A stretch of 64,000 nucleotides of DNA from an uncultured candidate division Zixibacteria bacterium (lineage in GTDB: Bacteria > Zixibacteria > MSB-5A5 > UBA10806 > 4484-95). The translations under genes and the position numbers were made by a program. The notes beneath the pieces were generated by a model. The model ran no database searches. It saw nothing but the letters and a program-made list of their open reading frames with translations, and was not told where the DNA came from. The stretch spans positions 288,001-352,000 of the forward strand of contig CAXXKA010000008.1 of assembly GCA_963668625.2 (NCBI GenBank), written 5' to 3'. Every line of letters starts with the position of its first letter. Within the stretch, counting starts at the first letter, position 1. Of the stretch, positions 42,747-53,666 are shown piece by piece.

Positions 42747-43517
42747 ATGATGACAAACACCGAAAATAATGCCAGTATGGATAATTTCTGGTTAAATCTA
42801 AAAAACAAATCTGAAAATGCTATAAAGAAGGGGAAAATGCCCCTGATAATAGTCGATCTCGATGGCACTCTCGTGGATTACACGATGAGAACATACAGCA
42901 TTTTCCAGGAAATGCCGAACAATTTTGACCTTCCCGATAATGTAAGAGATATAATTCTATCGATAAAACCCTCCGAATTCCACTACCATCCCCGGGAAAA
43001 CCTGAATAGCGTTGGTATCGAGGATAGTGAATTGGTTGATCAACTCTCGGCTTTCTGGGAGAAAAGCTTCCTATCGAATTATTATCTTCACTACGATATC
43101 CCTCTTGATGGCAGCGAGGAGTTCATCAGGAATATTCTCGATCATGGTATAAATATTGTATATCTAACCGGTCGGGATGAGGAAAACATGGGTATGGGCA
43201 CAAGGACCTGGCTACAAAAATACAACCTGCACCCCCTGGAGAATCGCACCCGCCTGCTCCTGAAAACGGATATGAGCTTGATTAATTACCAGGCCAAAGA
43301 TAAAAACTGTGAGATAATCAAAACACTCGGCGAACCAGTGCTCATAATCGATAACGAACCTATCGAGTTGGCCACTACCTGGGGTAGATTCCCCGAGGCA
43401 ATAGGTATTTTAATGGAGACCCAAAACACCGGTCGCAAAGCCGAACTGCCGGCAAACACTATCAGGATGCCTAATTTTCTCGAGCTGAATTCGAAAATCG
43501 AAATACCGAGTTACTGA
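42747..43517 (+). CDS. HAD-superfamily phosphatase, copy 1
   Basis: DLDGTL (motif I), YLTGR (II), K (III), IIDNEP (IV). Confidence 0.82.
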   Translation: MMTNTENNASMDNFWLNLKNKSENAIKKGKMPLIIVDLDGTLVDYTMRTYSIFQEMPNNFDLPDNVRDIILSIKPSEFHYHPRENLNSVGIEDSELVDQLSAFWEKSFLSNYYLHYDIPLDGSEEFIRNILDHGINIVYLTGRDEENMGMGTRTWLQKYNLHPLENRTRLLLKTDMSLINYQAKDKNCEIIKTLGEPVLIIDNEPIELATTWGRFPEAIGILMETQNTGRKAELPANTIRMPNFLELNSKIEIPSY

Positions 43518-43566
43518 TATTTCCGAATCCGGTATCTGCATAAAATATTAAGTACATGTAGGTATC

Positions 43567-43595
43567 GTAGGGATTCAGAAATTTGAATCCCTGCT
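43567..43595. repeat. GTAG-type REP-like palindrome between convergent genes
   Basis: gtagggattca-gaaatt-tgaatccctgc, similar to 883-910. Confidence 0.55.
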
Positions 43596-43691
43596 TAGTA
43601 TATACGATATATCCCTAACTAATCACGATAAGGTAAACATAGTCCTCATAATAATATAAACATTTAAAAGGAGGATAATCGTTTTCGATAA

Positions 43692-44237
43692 CTATTCTAG
43701 AGTATCAGCGATGAGTCTGGCCGATTGATCGGCGGTAAAAGCAATAGAATCGATTTTTAAAAGTGGATTCGGCTCATATGCATAATCGTAGCCTAAGCCG
43801 GGCAATTTTAGCTGCCCTTGAAGGGCTTGTTGATATAAATCCACGATCTCGGCTTTATCCTCTCGGTTATGCTCCCGCTCGATACAAGTATCCAGAGGAC
43901 AGTCTATCCATATAATGTGGAAATTCGCGAGGTATCTCTTGGCCAGTTCACGTGCCTCGCCCCGACCGTCCACGGAATCGATTATAGTGTTAATTCCTTG
44001 AGCTTGCATGAGTTGCGCGATTAAAATAGAGCTTCTGTAGATAAACTCTTTCTCCTCCTGGCTAAAAGTCGGCTCGGGAGTTAAGAACTGCCGAATCTCA
44101 TCGGCCCTGACATATTCATAGCGCGTATTTTTGGATTCCAGTATTTTTATCAGGCTTTTACAAATAGTGGACTTGCCCGAACCCGAAAGGCCGGTTATCC
44201 AGATGATCCAAGGTTGTTTTATTTTAGTTTCGCCCAT
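43692..44237 (-). CDS. Adenylyl-sulfate-kinase-like P-loop kinase, copy 2
   Basis: WITGLSGSGKST, ADEIRQFLTPEP, IIDSVDG, WIDCPLDTCIERE; paralog of 42068. Confidence 0.82.
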   Translation of the reverse strand: MGETKIKQPWIIWITGLSGSGKSTICKSLIKILESKNTRYEYVRADEIRQFLTPEPTFSQEEKEFIYRSSILIAQLMQAQGINTIIDSVDGRGEARELAKRYLANFHIIWIDCPLDTCIEREHNREDKAEIVDLYQQALQGQLKLPGLGYDYAYEPNPLLKIDSIAFTADQSARLIADTLE

Positions 44238-44362
44238 CTTCGAGTCCTCAGCTCACAATATCACTAATGTTCGCTGATGTCAAGAAACTTGCGAAACTAA
44301 CTAAAAATTAGTATCGTTCGACAATATAATTGATATATTTAAGTAAAATAGGATGATGAATT

Positions 44363-45127
44363 ATGACCCAAAAACAAAATCTGCAAATCGATTATTCCAA
44401 TTTCTGGCAAAAAATATCTCAACGAGCTAAAAGCGTGAAATCTTCCGGCGACCGGCCGATACTCATAATCGACCTGGATGGCACATTGGTGGACTACACT
44501 TTAAGAACGTATAAGATTTTCCAGAAAGCTCTGCAGGAACTCGACCTGCCGGACACGATCAAAAAACAGGTCGATGATATCAAGCGCGAGGATTACGATT
44601 ATTTCCCGAAAACAAATTTCGTCCGGGCCAATATCGGGGATGATAAAACTATCAACGATCTGACCGGTTTCTGGGAGGGTAAGTATTTCATCAATGAGTA
44701 TCTCAAATACGATAAGCAAATCCCCGGCGCCTACGAATTTATCTCGAATATCCTCCAACTCGGTATCGAGATCGTGTACTTGACCGGCAGGGATGACCAG
44801 AATATGGGGGATGGAACTCGCATGTGGCTTAAAGAGAACGGCTTCTTAGTTGATGGTGACAATAGATGTCGTTTGTTGATGAAAATGGATCTGGAAATTG
44901 AGAACTACGAATCCAAAGCCCGTAATGGCGAAACTATCGGGACGCTCGGTCAGCCGGTTTTGATTATCGACAATGAGCCGATTGAGCTGCAAACGATGTC
45001 GGAAAGATTCCCGGATGCCAATATCGTGTTGGTGGATATGCCCAATTCCGGCAAGCCGGCTAAATTGCCCGAGGACATTTTCAAGATTAAGGATTTCCGA
45101 AAATTAAACGAGGCGTTCGAGAAATAG
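44363..45127 (+). CDS. HAD-superfamily phosphatase, copy 2
   Basis: DLDGTLVDYT, YLTGRD, IIDNEPIEL; paralog of 42747. Confidence 0.82.
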   Translation: MTQKQNLQIDYSNFWQKISQRAKSVKSSGDRPILIIDLDGTLVDYTLRTYKIFQKALQELDLPDTIKKQVDDIKREDYDYFPKTNFVRANIGDDKTINDLTGFWEGKYFINEYLKYDKQIPGAYEFISNILQLGIEIVYLTGRDDQNMGDGTRMWLKENGFLVDGDNRCRLLMKMDLEIENYESKARNGETIGTLGQPVLIIDNEPIELQTMSERFPDANIVLVDMPNSGKPAKLPEDIFKIKDFRKLNEAFEK

Positions 45128-45517
45128 TACATTCGCAAGGTTAGAACAATTTAATACTTTTTCTGTTCTGCATTTAACCAGAATAACTATTAGTTGTTAG
45201 CGAAAGAACGAATCGTGATATTGTATCACCACTGTCCAACGCATCCTTCTCCTTGCGAGCAACCGTAGGGGATCACTATCGGGACTTCAATCGCTCCGCT
45301 CATTTGCAATGAAGTTACTGGGAGTTTTTCAACAATCCAAGCTCCTGCAAACCAGGGAAACTAAACTTTAAATCGGCATGATTCGTTAGAATTAAAACGG
45401 AGCTGTATCCTGATACTAACTTCTAATTTAGTCCCAAAATAATTTTACCGATTTTACCGCGCTGAATGATCAAGATAGCAAATTAATCCCGGAAATTAGT
45501 AGCTATTTACATATACC

Positions 45518-45547
45518 AAAACAGGGAGTACTCAAGCACTCCCTGTT
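45518..45547 (-). terminator. Rho-independent terminator after the MFS gene
   Basis: aacagggagt/actccctgtt 10-bp stem with a minus-strand T-tract. Confidence 0.65.
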
Positions 45548-45581
45548 CGTTATTCTTTATTAGTTTTAAGGTCTATTAGAT

Positions 45582-47045
45582 TTAAGCTTTTTTAGTACCT
45601 GGTTTCGGCATCGCTTTCCAGATTTTAACGGCAAGCAAGAAACCGATTACCGTAAACGGAATCAGGAATACCGGCCACCAGCTCCAGTTGGACGAGGTGA
45701 TAAAGCCCAGGCTCAACGACTGGAATCCGGTACCAAGGTACACGAAACCATCGATTAAGCCAACAGCCGTCGCCGCCGCTCGTTTGCCGCCGAAATCCAT
45801 AGTCGAGGTGCCCGAAAGCATACCGTGCGTACCGATAACACAGAACGACATCAACACGACAGCAATTGCCAGAAGCATTTGATCTCCTTTAACCACGAAT
45901 ACCATCAGGAGAGTGGCAAAGAACATGAGGCCATAAAGCAAGCCGGCCACCGGGCCTCTTCGCGAACCGAAAACCTTATCCGAAAGTACACCGGCAACCA
46001 TGCCACCGAACACGCCCGCCAGCATCAGTATCAAGCCCCAGTGTTGACGCATGAATGCATCCGAGGCTTGATGCAGGAAATCTTTCAGGTAAATCGGATA
46101 CCAGTGCATCACGCCGTTACGCAGAACACCGGTGCAGAACTCGATCAGGGCGATTGTCAGGATGATCTTGTTGGTCAGGATTTTCTTCAAGATATCTTTC
46201 AAGTTGAACGGCTTATCGTCCTCGCCCGAGGAGGCATCCGCGGTATTGAAATCCTGGAATCCCGCGCCGCTGGGAGTATCACGCAAAATAAACAGGTCGA
46301 GTATGGCAAATATCACCAGTATACCGGCCGGCACGAAAAACACCCACCATGTCTGATCGTTTGCCGTACCGGCGATACCCAGTATGTTACGCATCGCCAC
46401 CTGTATGAAATTCAGATCGACATCGACAACCGCTTTGGTGGCATTGACGATAGCGAATCCCCAGTCGAAAGCGAAATATATGCCCAGCGAGATCAGTATC
46501 CCGAATATCCCGCCGAACACACCTCGTTCCCGTACGTGGAACCAGGAGGCATTTACTTTTACGATAGCCACTGCGCCGAAACTCTGGAAATACATATTGA
46601 GCGCGTAAAAGAACGAGAATACCACAGTCAAATTCATAGCCCATTCGTGAACCAGGAAACCGTAGGTAATTATTCCCATCAGTACATTGGCAATAGCTGC
46701 GCCGGTCGCGCCGATAAGGATGGCCTTTTTACCGCCGATCCTATCGGTCAACGGTCCGTTTATCAAAAAAGCCAGGGCATAAGTGATAGTACCGGCGGCG
46801 AATATAATACCGAAATCCTCCTTGGTCATTAATTCACCCAGGGCATTTTTGGATACGGTCAGGTTATATCGAGCCATATATAAGAAAGCGTACGTAAATC
46901 CGAGAGGCAGCCAGTTGATAACTCGCCGGAGTTTGAATTGCATCGTATGGTGTACATCCGGATTCTCCCGGAAAATATCCATCAACACATACGCCACCAC
47001 CATCACGATAGGCGCAATGGAGATAAGGTCAAACAGTAACTTCAT
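45582..47045 (-). CDS. MFS transporter, organophosphate:Pi antiporter (GlpT/UhpT, OPA) family
   Basis: YAFLYMARYN (conserved Arg), GPLTDRIGG, WFHVRERG, GVLRNG...W.P, GVLSDKVFGSRRGP, A.G.IDGFVYLG. Confidence 0.85.
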   Translation of the reverse strand: MKLLFDLISIAPIVMVVAYVLMDIFRENPDVHHTMQFKLRRVINWLPLGFTYAFLYMARYNLTVSKNALGELMTKEDFGIIFAAGTITYALAFLINGPLTDRIGGKKAILIGATGAAIANVLMGIITYGFLVHEWAMNLTVVFSFFYALNMYFQSFGAVAIVKVNASWFHVRERGVFGGIFGILISLGIYFAFDWGFAIVNATKAVVDVDLNFIQVAMRNILGIAGTANDQTWWVFFVPAGILVIFAILDLFILRDTPSGAGFQDFNTADASSGEDDKPFNLKDILKKILTNKIILTIALIEFCTGVLRNGVMHWYPIYLKDFLHQASDAFMRQHWGLILMLAGVFGGMVAGVLSDKVFGSRRGPVAGLLYGLMFFATLLMVFVVKGDQMLLAIAVVLMSFCVIGTHGMLSGTSTMDFGGKRAAATAVGLIDGFVYLGTGFQSLSLGFITSSNWSWWPVFLIPFTVIGFLLAVKIWKAMPKPGTKKA

Positions 47046-47571
47046 AATTTCCTCCAGAGAATTTAAATATAATGATTTTCACTAAGACAGGCGTTCTCGT
47101 AAGCAAAATACTTCCTATCAGTTGATCTAAAAGATTCGCGAAAGGATACATTGCTTATATCATATTACAACGCCGCTAAATATAAACTTAAGCTCATAAT
47201 TTATCAAGTGAAAACCCGGAAACACGATTGACCTTAATGATTCAAGCTTAAATGTTATCCGCAAATAAATCGTCAGCTCAGGATATTACCGGCGGTCATC
47301 GAGATACCGGGTTACCCGTATTATAATATCGTTTCGCAGCTTATGGAATTTTTTAAAATCCGAGACCGGAGAATGCCATTGATACACAAAAAGGTCATAG
47401 AATCCCGTATTAATCATATTTTAACATATATCTAACATCCCGTACCCCATAAAACATGAATCCTTCATCCTGAGCAAAAGGACTCCTTATATAGCTCTTT
47501 TAGACTTATCCTCCGCCCAAACGATAATAATAATTGACTTATCAATACCGCAGTATTAAACTATATTTACT

Positions 47572-49140
47572 ATGAAAATATGTACTCCAAACCAGATGCA
47601 GGAAATCGACCGCAAAGCTATTGAAGGACTCGGTATACCCGGGTTAGAATTAATGGAAAACGCAGGCCGGTCGGTTTACGACATGATTTTAGAATATTAC
47701 GGACCCGCCGAGGGCAACCGGGTGGCGATTGTCGCCGGTAAAGGAAATAATGGCGGTGATGGTCACGTAGTCGCGCGTTACCTCAAGGAGGATGGCGCGC
47801 ATGTAGAGATCTACCTGATCGGTAAGAAAAGCCAGGTTAAAGGTGATGCCGCCGAGAACCTGATGCGAGCCGAACGTATCGGCATAGCTATTCACGAAAT
47901 CGAGGATTCCGAGGATCTCATAATTCCCGAGGACACATGGGTAATTGTCGATGCCATTTTCGGAACGGGTTTCAACGGCAAGCTTCGCCAACCATACGAT
48001 CATATCATCAAGAAAATCAATCAATCCGGTATACCGGTAGTGGCTGTGGATACCCCCTCCGGCCTGGATGGTACCACCGGCCGTGTAACCGATCCCTGTA
48101 TCAATGCCGATATTACAGTCACGTTCGGTCTTGCGAAAATCGGCCAGGCATTGTATCCGGGCAAGGCTAATTGCGGCAATCTCGAGGTTGTCGATATAGG
48201 TTTCCCTCCGGGCCTGGATGATGATATCCACACTTATCTTATCACCGCCGAGGAGGCGGTAAAGCTTCTGCCTCATCGAATACATAACGCTCACAAGGGT
48301 AATTTCGGTAAGCTGTTCGTATTAGCCGGCTCCACCGGACTTACCGGCGCCGCCTGTCTGGCCTCGATGGCCGCATACCGTTCCGGAGCGGGACTGGTAA
48401 CTTTAGGTTGCCCGGCCTCCCTTAACCAGATATTCGAAACCAAGCTCACCGAGGTGATGACAAAACCCTTACCCGATGTCGCCAAGAAAGGCTGTCTGGC
48501 CACGCGCGGTATGGGCGAGATTCGCGAGATGATCGACTGGGCGGATGCTATAGCAATCGGCCCCGGAATCGGGACTCATCACGAAACAGCCGAACTGGTG
48601 ACAAGATTGGTTGAGGAGATAGACAAACCAATGGTTATCGATGCCGACGGTTTGAACATACTATCGAAAAATCTCGAAAGCTTGAAAGCCCACAAGCGAC
48701 CGCTGGTGATCTCACCGCATCCCGGCGAGTTCGCTCGTCTCTCCGGCCACAGCATAGATGAGGTTCAACAGTACCCGATAGATTTAGCCTCGCAATTCGC
48801 CTGGGATTACGATTTAAGCGTGATTTTAAAAGGAGCGCCGACAGTTGTAACCCGTCGCTCAGGCAATATTTATATCAACTATTCGGGCAATGATGGCATG
48901 GCAACCGGTGGCTCAGGGGATGTTTTAACCGGGCTGATCGGCGGTTTCCTGGCTCAGGGTGTGTGCTATTCCGATGCTGCCGTGCTGGCAACATACGTGC
49001 ATGGTCTGGCCGGAGATATTGCGGCCGAGATTTACGGCACCCGAGGTATGATAGCCGGTGATATCCTTCAGTTCGTTCCGCAAGCATTAAGCGAGCTCGA
49101 GAACTGTTGCGATGATGATATAGGCGATTACGAGGACTAA
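47572..49140 (+). CDS. nnr: Bifunctional NAD(P)H-hydrate epimerase/dehydratase
   Basis: LMENAG, GKGNNGGDG, DAIFGTG, DTPSG, HKGNFG, IGPGIG, DADGLN, PHPGEF, MATGGSGDVLTG. Confidence 0.95.
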   Translation: MKICTPNQMQEIDRKAIEGLGIPGLELMENAGRSVYDMILEYYGPAEGNRVAIVAGKGNNGGDGHVVARYLKEDGAHVEIYLIGKKSQVKGDAAENLMRAERIGIAIHEIEDSEDLIIPEDTWVIVDAIFGTGFNGKLRQPYDHIIKKINQSGIPVVAVDTPSGLDGTTGRVTDPCINADITVTFGLAKIGQALYPGKANCGNLEVVDIGFPPGLDDDIHTYLITAEEAVKLLPHRIHNAHKGNFGKLFVLAGSTGLTGAACLASMAAYRSGAGLVTLGCPASLNQIFETKLTEVMTKPLPDVAKKGCLATRGMGEIREMIDWADAIAIGPGIGTHHETAELVTRLVEEIDKPMVIDADGLNILSKNLESLKAHKRPLVISPHPGEFARLSGHSIDEVQQYPIDLASQFAWDYDLSVILKGAPTVVTRRSGNIYINYSGNDGMATGGSGDVLTGLIGGFLAQGVCYSDAAVLATYVHGLAGDIAAEIYGTRGMIAGDILQFVPQALSELENCCDDDIGDYED

Positions 49141-49431
49141 CCAGCCTCGAATAAAATCCCTATAGAACCATTTAATAGCATGGGCGTATTAAGAAAAAGA
49201 AGTCGTTTTGGTTTAGTATTTTCAATTATTTCCAAAAGCAAGTGATAACTTAACAATATCATAAATCAACCTACTGATTTTTATTGAGCGATAAGGTAGC
49301 CGTGTAGATGACGAGCAAGGGCTCCTGACGCGGGCCAACTAAACAATGATGATTACCCACTCGATGGCAGAGCCTTGATATATTAACGGGGGATTGAAAA
49401 AACATCAATTAAACATTACAAAGGAGGCAGG

Positions 49432-49860
49432 ATGCTGAAACATAAAGGGGCTGCAATTATCATTCTTCTAGCGGCAATTATCAATTGCTCTAAATTTTGC
49501 GAGGTCGACCAAATCTATCAAATCGGTAAGCAAGGAGATGAAAACATCATCCTGGCTTATCAGGTACGATGCCAAGAAAAATCGAATAACTGGGTGGGGG
49601 TTACCTGGAAAGAGAAGGACAAACATTTCGAGCCCGGTATAGGTAAGATTTTTATGGCTAGAAATTCGGATTATATTTGGATCGAGAGAGTTTCACCCGA
49701 TACGGTCAAAGTATATACCGATACCGACACCGCCAAGGTTAAAGTCGAACAAGCGCGGGGAATTACGTTCGTTTATGAGCGAAAAGATCCCGAGTTTTTC
49801 GAAAACGATAGTTTAAAAGTGCACAAGCTGGAGGCGATAGCCAACCTTAAAGATAAATAG
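49432..49860 (+). CDS. Hypothetical exported protein / lipoprotein
   Basis: RBS aaggagg; hydrophobic N-terminus ending IINC. Confidence 0.7.
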   Translation: MLKHKGAAIIILLAAIINCSKFCEVDQIYQIGKQGDENIILAYQVRCQEKSNNWVGVTWKEKDKHFEPGIGKIFMARNSDYIWIERVSPDTVKVYTDTDTAKVKVEQARGITFVYERKDPEFFENDSLKVHKLEAIANLKDK

Positions 49861-50178
49861 CGTAAGCCGTCTGAATGTCGGTTACCGGTGGATATTTCCG
49901 TCCGATGAATTGCCTCAGGCAAAAGGCCATTTCGCTTGTTTTACCGCTTAAGCTATGATCGGTCCGGCCTCATTTAGATGTAATAAACGGTGAAGGATCG
50001 TCGGCATAAGAAGAAGCCCGGCAGTTTTGAAATTGCAGATATACCAGATATTCTGAATAAAAAAATATCACTAGTGTCCGGCGTTTTTCGCTAATTTTTA
50101 TATTTTTCTTTGGAATTGTTAGTGAAAAATATTTTCCGATATAATTATTATATTCAGCGTATCATGCATCCTTACATG

Positions 50179-50583
50179 TCCTGCTGATGTTAGGCTTAGT
50201 TTCCTGGTTTCCAAGCGCTGCTTGGAAACCTTCTTGAGTCATGTAGAATGCGCATTCTGCCGGTAAACAAGCCACGTTGAGAAGCAGCGCTTCGCAACGA
50301 GATGGAAAGGCCGGACAGTAGTGAAAAAATATAGTTATATAAAAAGTATTGCCAATAAAACAATCTATTTCCTGGTTTATATTAATATGGGCATTTTGGG
50401 AAACTCATTATACGTGATTTTGGTTATTATTTTCAATCGCTACTGTCCGGCCTTTCCTTCATGTTGTGAAGCACTGCTTCGCATACTGGATTGCCTGCCG
50501 GTTGAATGAGCATGCTGCATGACTCAAGAAGGTTTCTAAGCAGCGCTTTGAAAACAGGGGGACTAAGTTTAACATCGGCAGGA
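50179..50583. repeat. Long imperfect inverted repeat (~145-bp arms, ~115-bp AT-rich spacer)
   Basis: 50179-50322 is the reverse complement of 50438-50583 (e.g. gaaaccttcttgagtcatg / catgactcaagaaggtttc; ggaaaggccggacagtag / ctactgtccggcctttcc). Confidence 0.85.
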
Positions 50584-50770
50584 TTCGCTAGAATGAAAAT
50601 AGTGCTATTTCCTGAGACTAACTTTTTATTCAATCCAAAAATCATTTTGCTGATATTTAATCCGTAAAGTGATTAAGATAGCAAATTAACCACGGACACT
50701 GATGATTTTAAATATGAACCGAATAATGTTAGGTTAATGAACAGGTTAAAACAATTGAGGGGGCAGGTAA

Positions 50771-52963
50771 ATGAGCGCAACACAAATACTTTCGGTGTTT
50801 GTTTTACTGGCCTTTTTAATTATGGAGGGATCTGCCGAGATGCGACCAAAGCCAGCCAATAATAAAAATATATTATCCGATACCAGTTATGTCCCATATC
50901 GATCTCCCGAGCCCGGGATTATCCGTCAACAGGGCAATAGACTGAAAAACGAAAAATCCGTCTACCTTAAACAGCACGCTTATAATCCTGTCGATTGGTT
51001 TGCCTGGGGTGAGGAGGCATTTAACAGGGCTAAAGCCGATAATCGGCCAATATTTTTATCGATCGGTTACTCCTCCTGTCACTGGTGCCATGTAATGGAG
51101 GAGCAGGTATTTACCAGGGATGATATAGCCCTTTTCATGAACGAGAATTATATCAATATAAAGCTAGATCGTGAGGAGCGTCCGGATATCGATGCTGTTT
51201 ATATGGATGCCGTTCAGGCGATGACCGGTTCGGGTGGATGGCCGCTTTCGGTATTTTTAACACCTGATCTCAAACCGTTTTACGGCGACACTTACTACCC
51301 GCCCGATCAATTTTTATTCACAATCAATCAAATAGCTGCCGCTTATGCGGATAATAAGGATAAGATCGAGGAGGCGGCCACTAATTTAACCGACATCCTA
51401 TCTGAAAATCTTCAGGTTTCGCTTTCGACTAAGCTTTCCCACGAGATGATAGAATCGCTGGCGGAGAGAGCTAAAACGCAAATCGATAAGCAATGGGGCG
51501 GATTTTCAGGTAATATGAAATTCCCGACTCCGATTCGCTGGCAATTTCTGCTTCACTATTACCGTAAAAACGGTGATGGCGAAATAGCCGGAATGCTTAG
51601 AACTACGCTGGATAATATGGCCTCGGGGGGATTGTTCGATCATATAGGCGGCGGCTTTCATCGCTACGCAACAGATAGAATCTGGCTGGTGCCGCATTTC
51701 GAAAAGATGCTTTACGATAACGCCCAACTCGCTTTGCTTTACCTGGAGGCCTCGGTCGTTTTCGATGACCCACGCTACTCACAAATCAGTCGGGAGACCG
51801 TTGATTTCATGATTGATGAAATGTCGGGTGAGGAGGGCGGATTCTATTCCAGTTATGATGCCGACAGCGACGGGAGGGAGGGGCTTTATTATCTCTGGTC
51901 TGAACAGGAGATACTGGAGGTTGCCGGCGAGCAGGACGGCCCGGCGCTGGCTATGATATTAGGTGTGACTCCGGAGGGTAATTTCGAGGGTATGAATGTA
52001 TTAACTCGCCGGGCGGAGTTATTTGATATTGAATCCAAAATAGGACTTAATGAAAATACTATAAGTCAACTTTTCGATAAGTACCGGGATAAGCTCAGGA
52101 ATTTTCGTGACAAGCGCACATCCCCCTCACTGGACAGGAAGATAATCGCCTCATGGAACGGCCTGGCGATATCGGCCCTGGCAAAAGCTTATGGAGTATT
52201 CAAAGAAGATAGATATATAAAATCTGCCGAGAAAGCGGCGGATTACCTTCTTAAAATTCATATCGATGAAAACGGCGGTTTGTTCAGATCCTCCTATGAG
52301 GGTAAACCGGAACATGATGGTGTTCTGGATGACTACTCGTTTCTGGCCAATGGCCTTTTGGACTTATACCAGGCCTCGGGAAACATACGATACCTGGAAA
52401 AAGCTATGGAACTGATCGATTATACTAATACTAATTTCTCGAGTGAGAATGGCGGTTATTTCCTGACTCATGCGGATGTCGATACGCCGATCGGAAGAAA
52501 AATCGAGCTGTTCGATAATGTACGTCCCTCCGGTAATGCCATGATGGTCGAGGCGCTGGTCAAGTCCGGTGCTATAACCGGTAACAGCGGTTATCACGAT
52601 AAAGCCGGAACACTGGTCGATTTATATTCCGAGATCATGAACAAAGCCGGCATCGAGATGGCCGGCTGGCTGGATGCGGCGATAAAATTGAACGGCCCGT
52701 ACTATGAGTTGATAATAGCCGGCGATGACAATCTGATATTTCATAAATTAAACTCCGTTTACTGGGATAATCTTCCCTGCCACGCGGTATTGGTAGATAT
52801 TCCGGGGGATGGTTTACGAAGTGATGTGGTCAAATCGGCTCGAGACAAAACCGCTATTAAGGGTCTGGCCACCGCTTATGTCTGCAAGCTTGGCACATGT
52901 AATCTACCCACCTCCGATCCGGAAGAGTTGAAGATTCAACTAATAAACGGCTGGGTAAAATAG
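50771..52963 (+). CDS. Thioredoxin-domain protein, YyaL/SSP411 (DUF255) family
   Basis: [59 protein letters not shown]; N-terminal signal-like segment. Confidence 0.92.
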   Translation: MSATQILSVFVLLAFLIMEGSAEMRPKPANNKNILSDTSYVPYRSPEPGIIRQQGNRLKNEKSVYLKQHAYNPVDWFAWGEEAFNRAKADNRPIFLSIGYSSCHWCHVMEEQVFTRDDIALFMNENYINIKLDREERPDIDAVYMDAVQAMTGSGGWPLSVFLTPDLKPFYGDTYYPPDQFLFTINQIAAAYADNKDKIEEAATNLTDILSENLQVSLSTKLSHEMIESLAERAKTQIDKQWGGFSGNMKFPTPIRWQFLLHYYRKNGDGEIAGMLRTTLDNMASGGLFDHIGGGFHRYATDRIWLVPHFEKMLYDNAQLALLYLEASVVFDDPRYSQISRETVDFMIDEMSGEEGGFYSSYDADSDGREGLYYLWSEQEILEVAGEQDGPALAMILGVTPEGNFEGMNVLTRRAELFDIESKIGLNENTISQLFDKYRDKLRNFRDKRTSPSLDRKIIASWNGLAISALAKAYGVFKEDRYIKSAEKAADYLLKIHIDENGGLFRSSYEGKPEHDGVLDDYSFLANGLLDLYQASGNIRYLEKAMELIDYTNTNFSSENGGYFLTHADVDTPIGRKIELFDNVRPSGNAMMVEALVKSGAITGNSGYHDKAGTLVDLYSEIMNKAGIEMAGWLDAAIKLNGPYYELIIAGDDNLIFHKLNSVYWDNLPCHAVLVDIPGDGLRSDVVKSARDKTAIKGLATAYVCKLGTCNLPTSDPEELKIQLINGWVK

Positions 52964-53088
52964 TACTCTATCAAGATAAATAACCGATGTTTCGTAACCG
53001 TTTCGGAAAGTGATAATAAAATTGAACTTGCCAGAATAAATCGGATGATCGTATAATAGCGATCACATTTTAAACCGCTGGAGGTTAT

Positions 53089-53583
53089 ATGCCAAATATT
53101 CATCCGATGCTGATACATTTCCCGATTGCTTTGATAATTATTACATTTATTGTTGATATACTGGGTATCTCGCTCAAGCAAAAATCGCTGATACAGGCTG
53201 GTACAGTCACAACCGCCGGGGCGTTTTTAGGTGCGATCATTGCCGTTATCAGCGGCCTGATGGTTGAGGATTCTGTCTGGATGCCGGCCGCGGCTCATGA
53301 GATTCTCGAAACGCATGAGTTATTCGGTTTCATTGCCCTCTCGATAATCGCTATAATGGCGATAATTCGGCTGGCCATGAGAGATAAACTCGAGGGTGGT
53401 ATGAGATGGTTGATGGTGACCCTGGGCGCGATATCCTGCGCGGTCGTGATTAACGGCGCGTATTTGGGCGGCGAGATGGTATACACTCATGGCGCCGGTG
53501 TGGATGCCGCTCGTGACTGCGTTAACGAAAAAGCCATATTACGGGAAAAGCTGGAGAATGCCGAGAGTAATCAAGCACAATAG
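53089..53583 (+). CDS. DUF2231 family membrane protein
   Basis: HPMLIHFPIAL, HE..G, GAYLGGEMVYTHG. Confidence 0.85.
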   Translation: MPNIHPMLIHFPIALIIITFIVDILGISLKQKSLIQAGTVTTAGAFLGAIIAVISGLMVEDSVWMPAAAHEILETHELFGFIALSIIAIMAIIRLAMRDKLEGGMRWLMVTLGAISCAVVINGAYLGGEMVYTHGAGVDAARDCVNEKAILREKLENAESNQAQ

Positions 53584-53666
53584 TACTTGAATGGGATATT
53601 TTCGGATTCAATAAGCTTAGTCGAATTAGTTTGGAAATAAACGCGATTATGTCTTAAAATAAATAT

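Noticed and set aside
42068-44237. cysC gene symbol for the two kinases
   Set aside because: LDGD motif absent and no sulfate-activation genes nearby; substrate uncertain.
45825-46832. 335-aa + strand ORF
   Set aside because: Antisense to the well-supported MFS gene; no recognisable motifs.
49290-49380. GC-richer patch upstream of the 49432 gene as a riboswitch
   Set aside because: No match by eye to known aptamer consensus; would need an Rfam scan.
50321-50645. Short ORFs within the long inverted repeat
   Set aside because: No RBS or protein-like features; explained by the repeat and AT-rich spacer.
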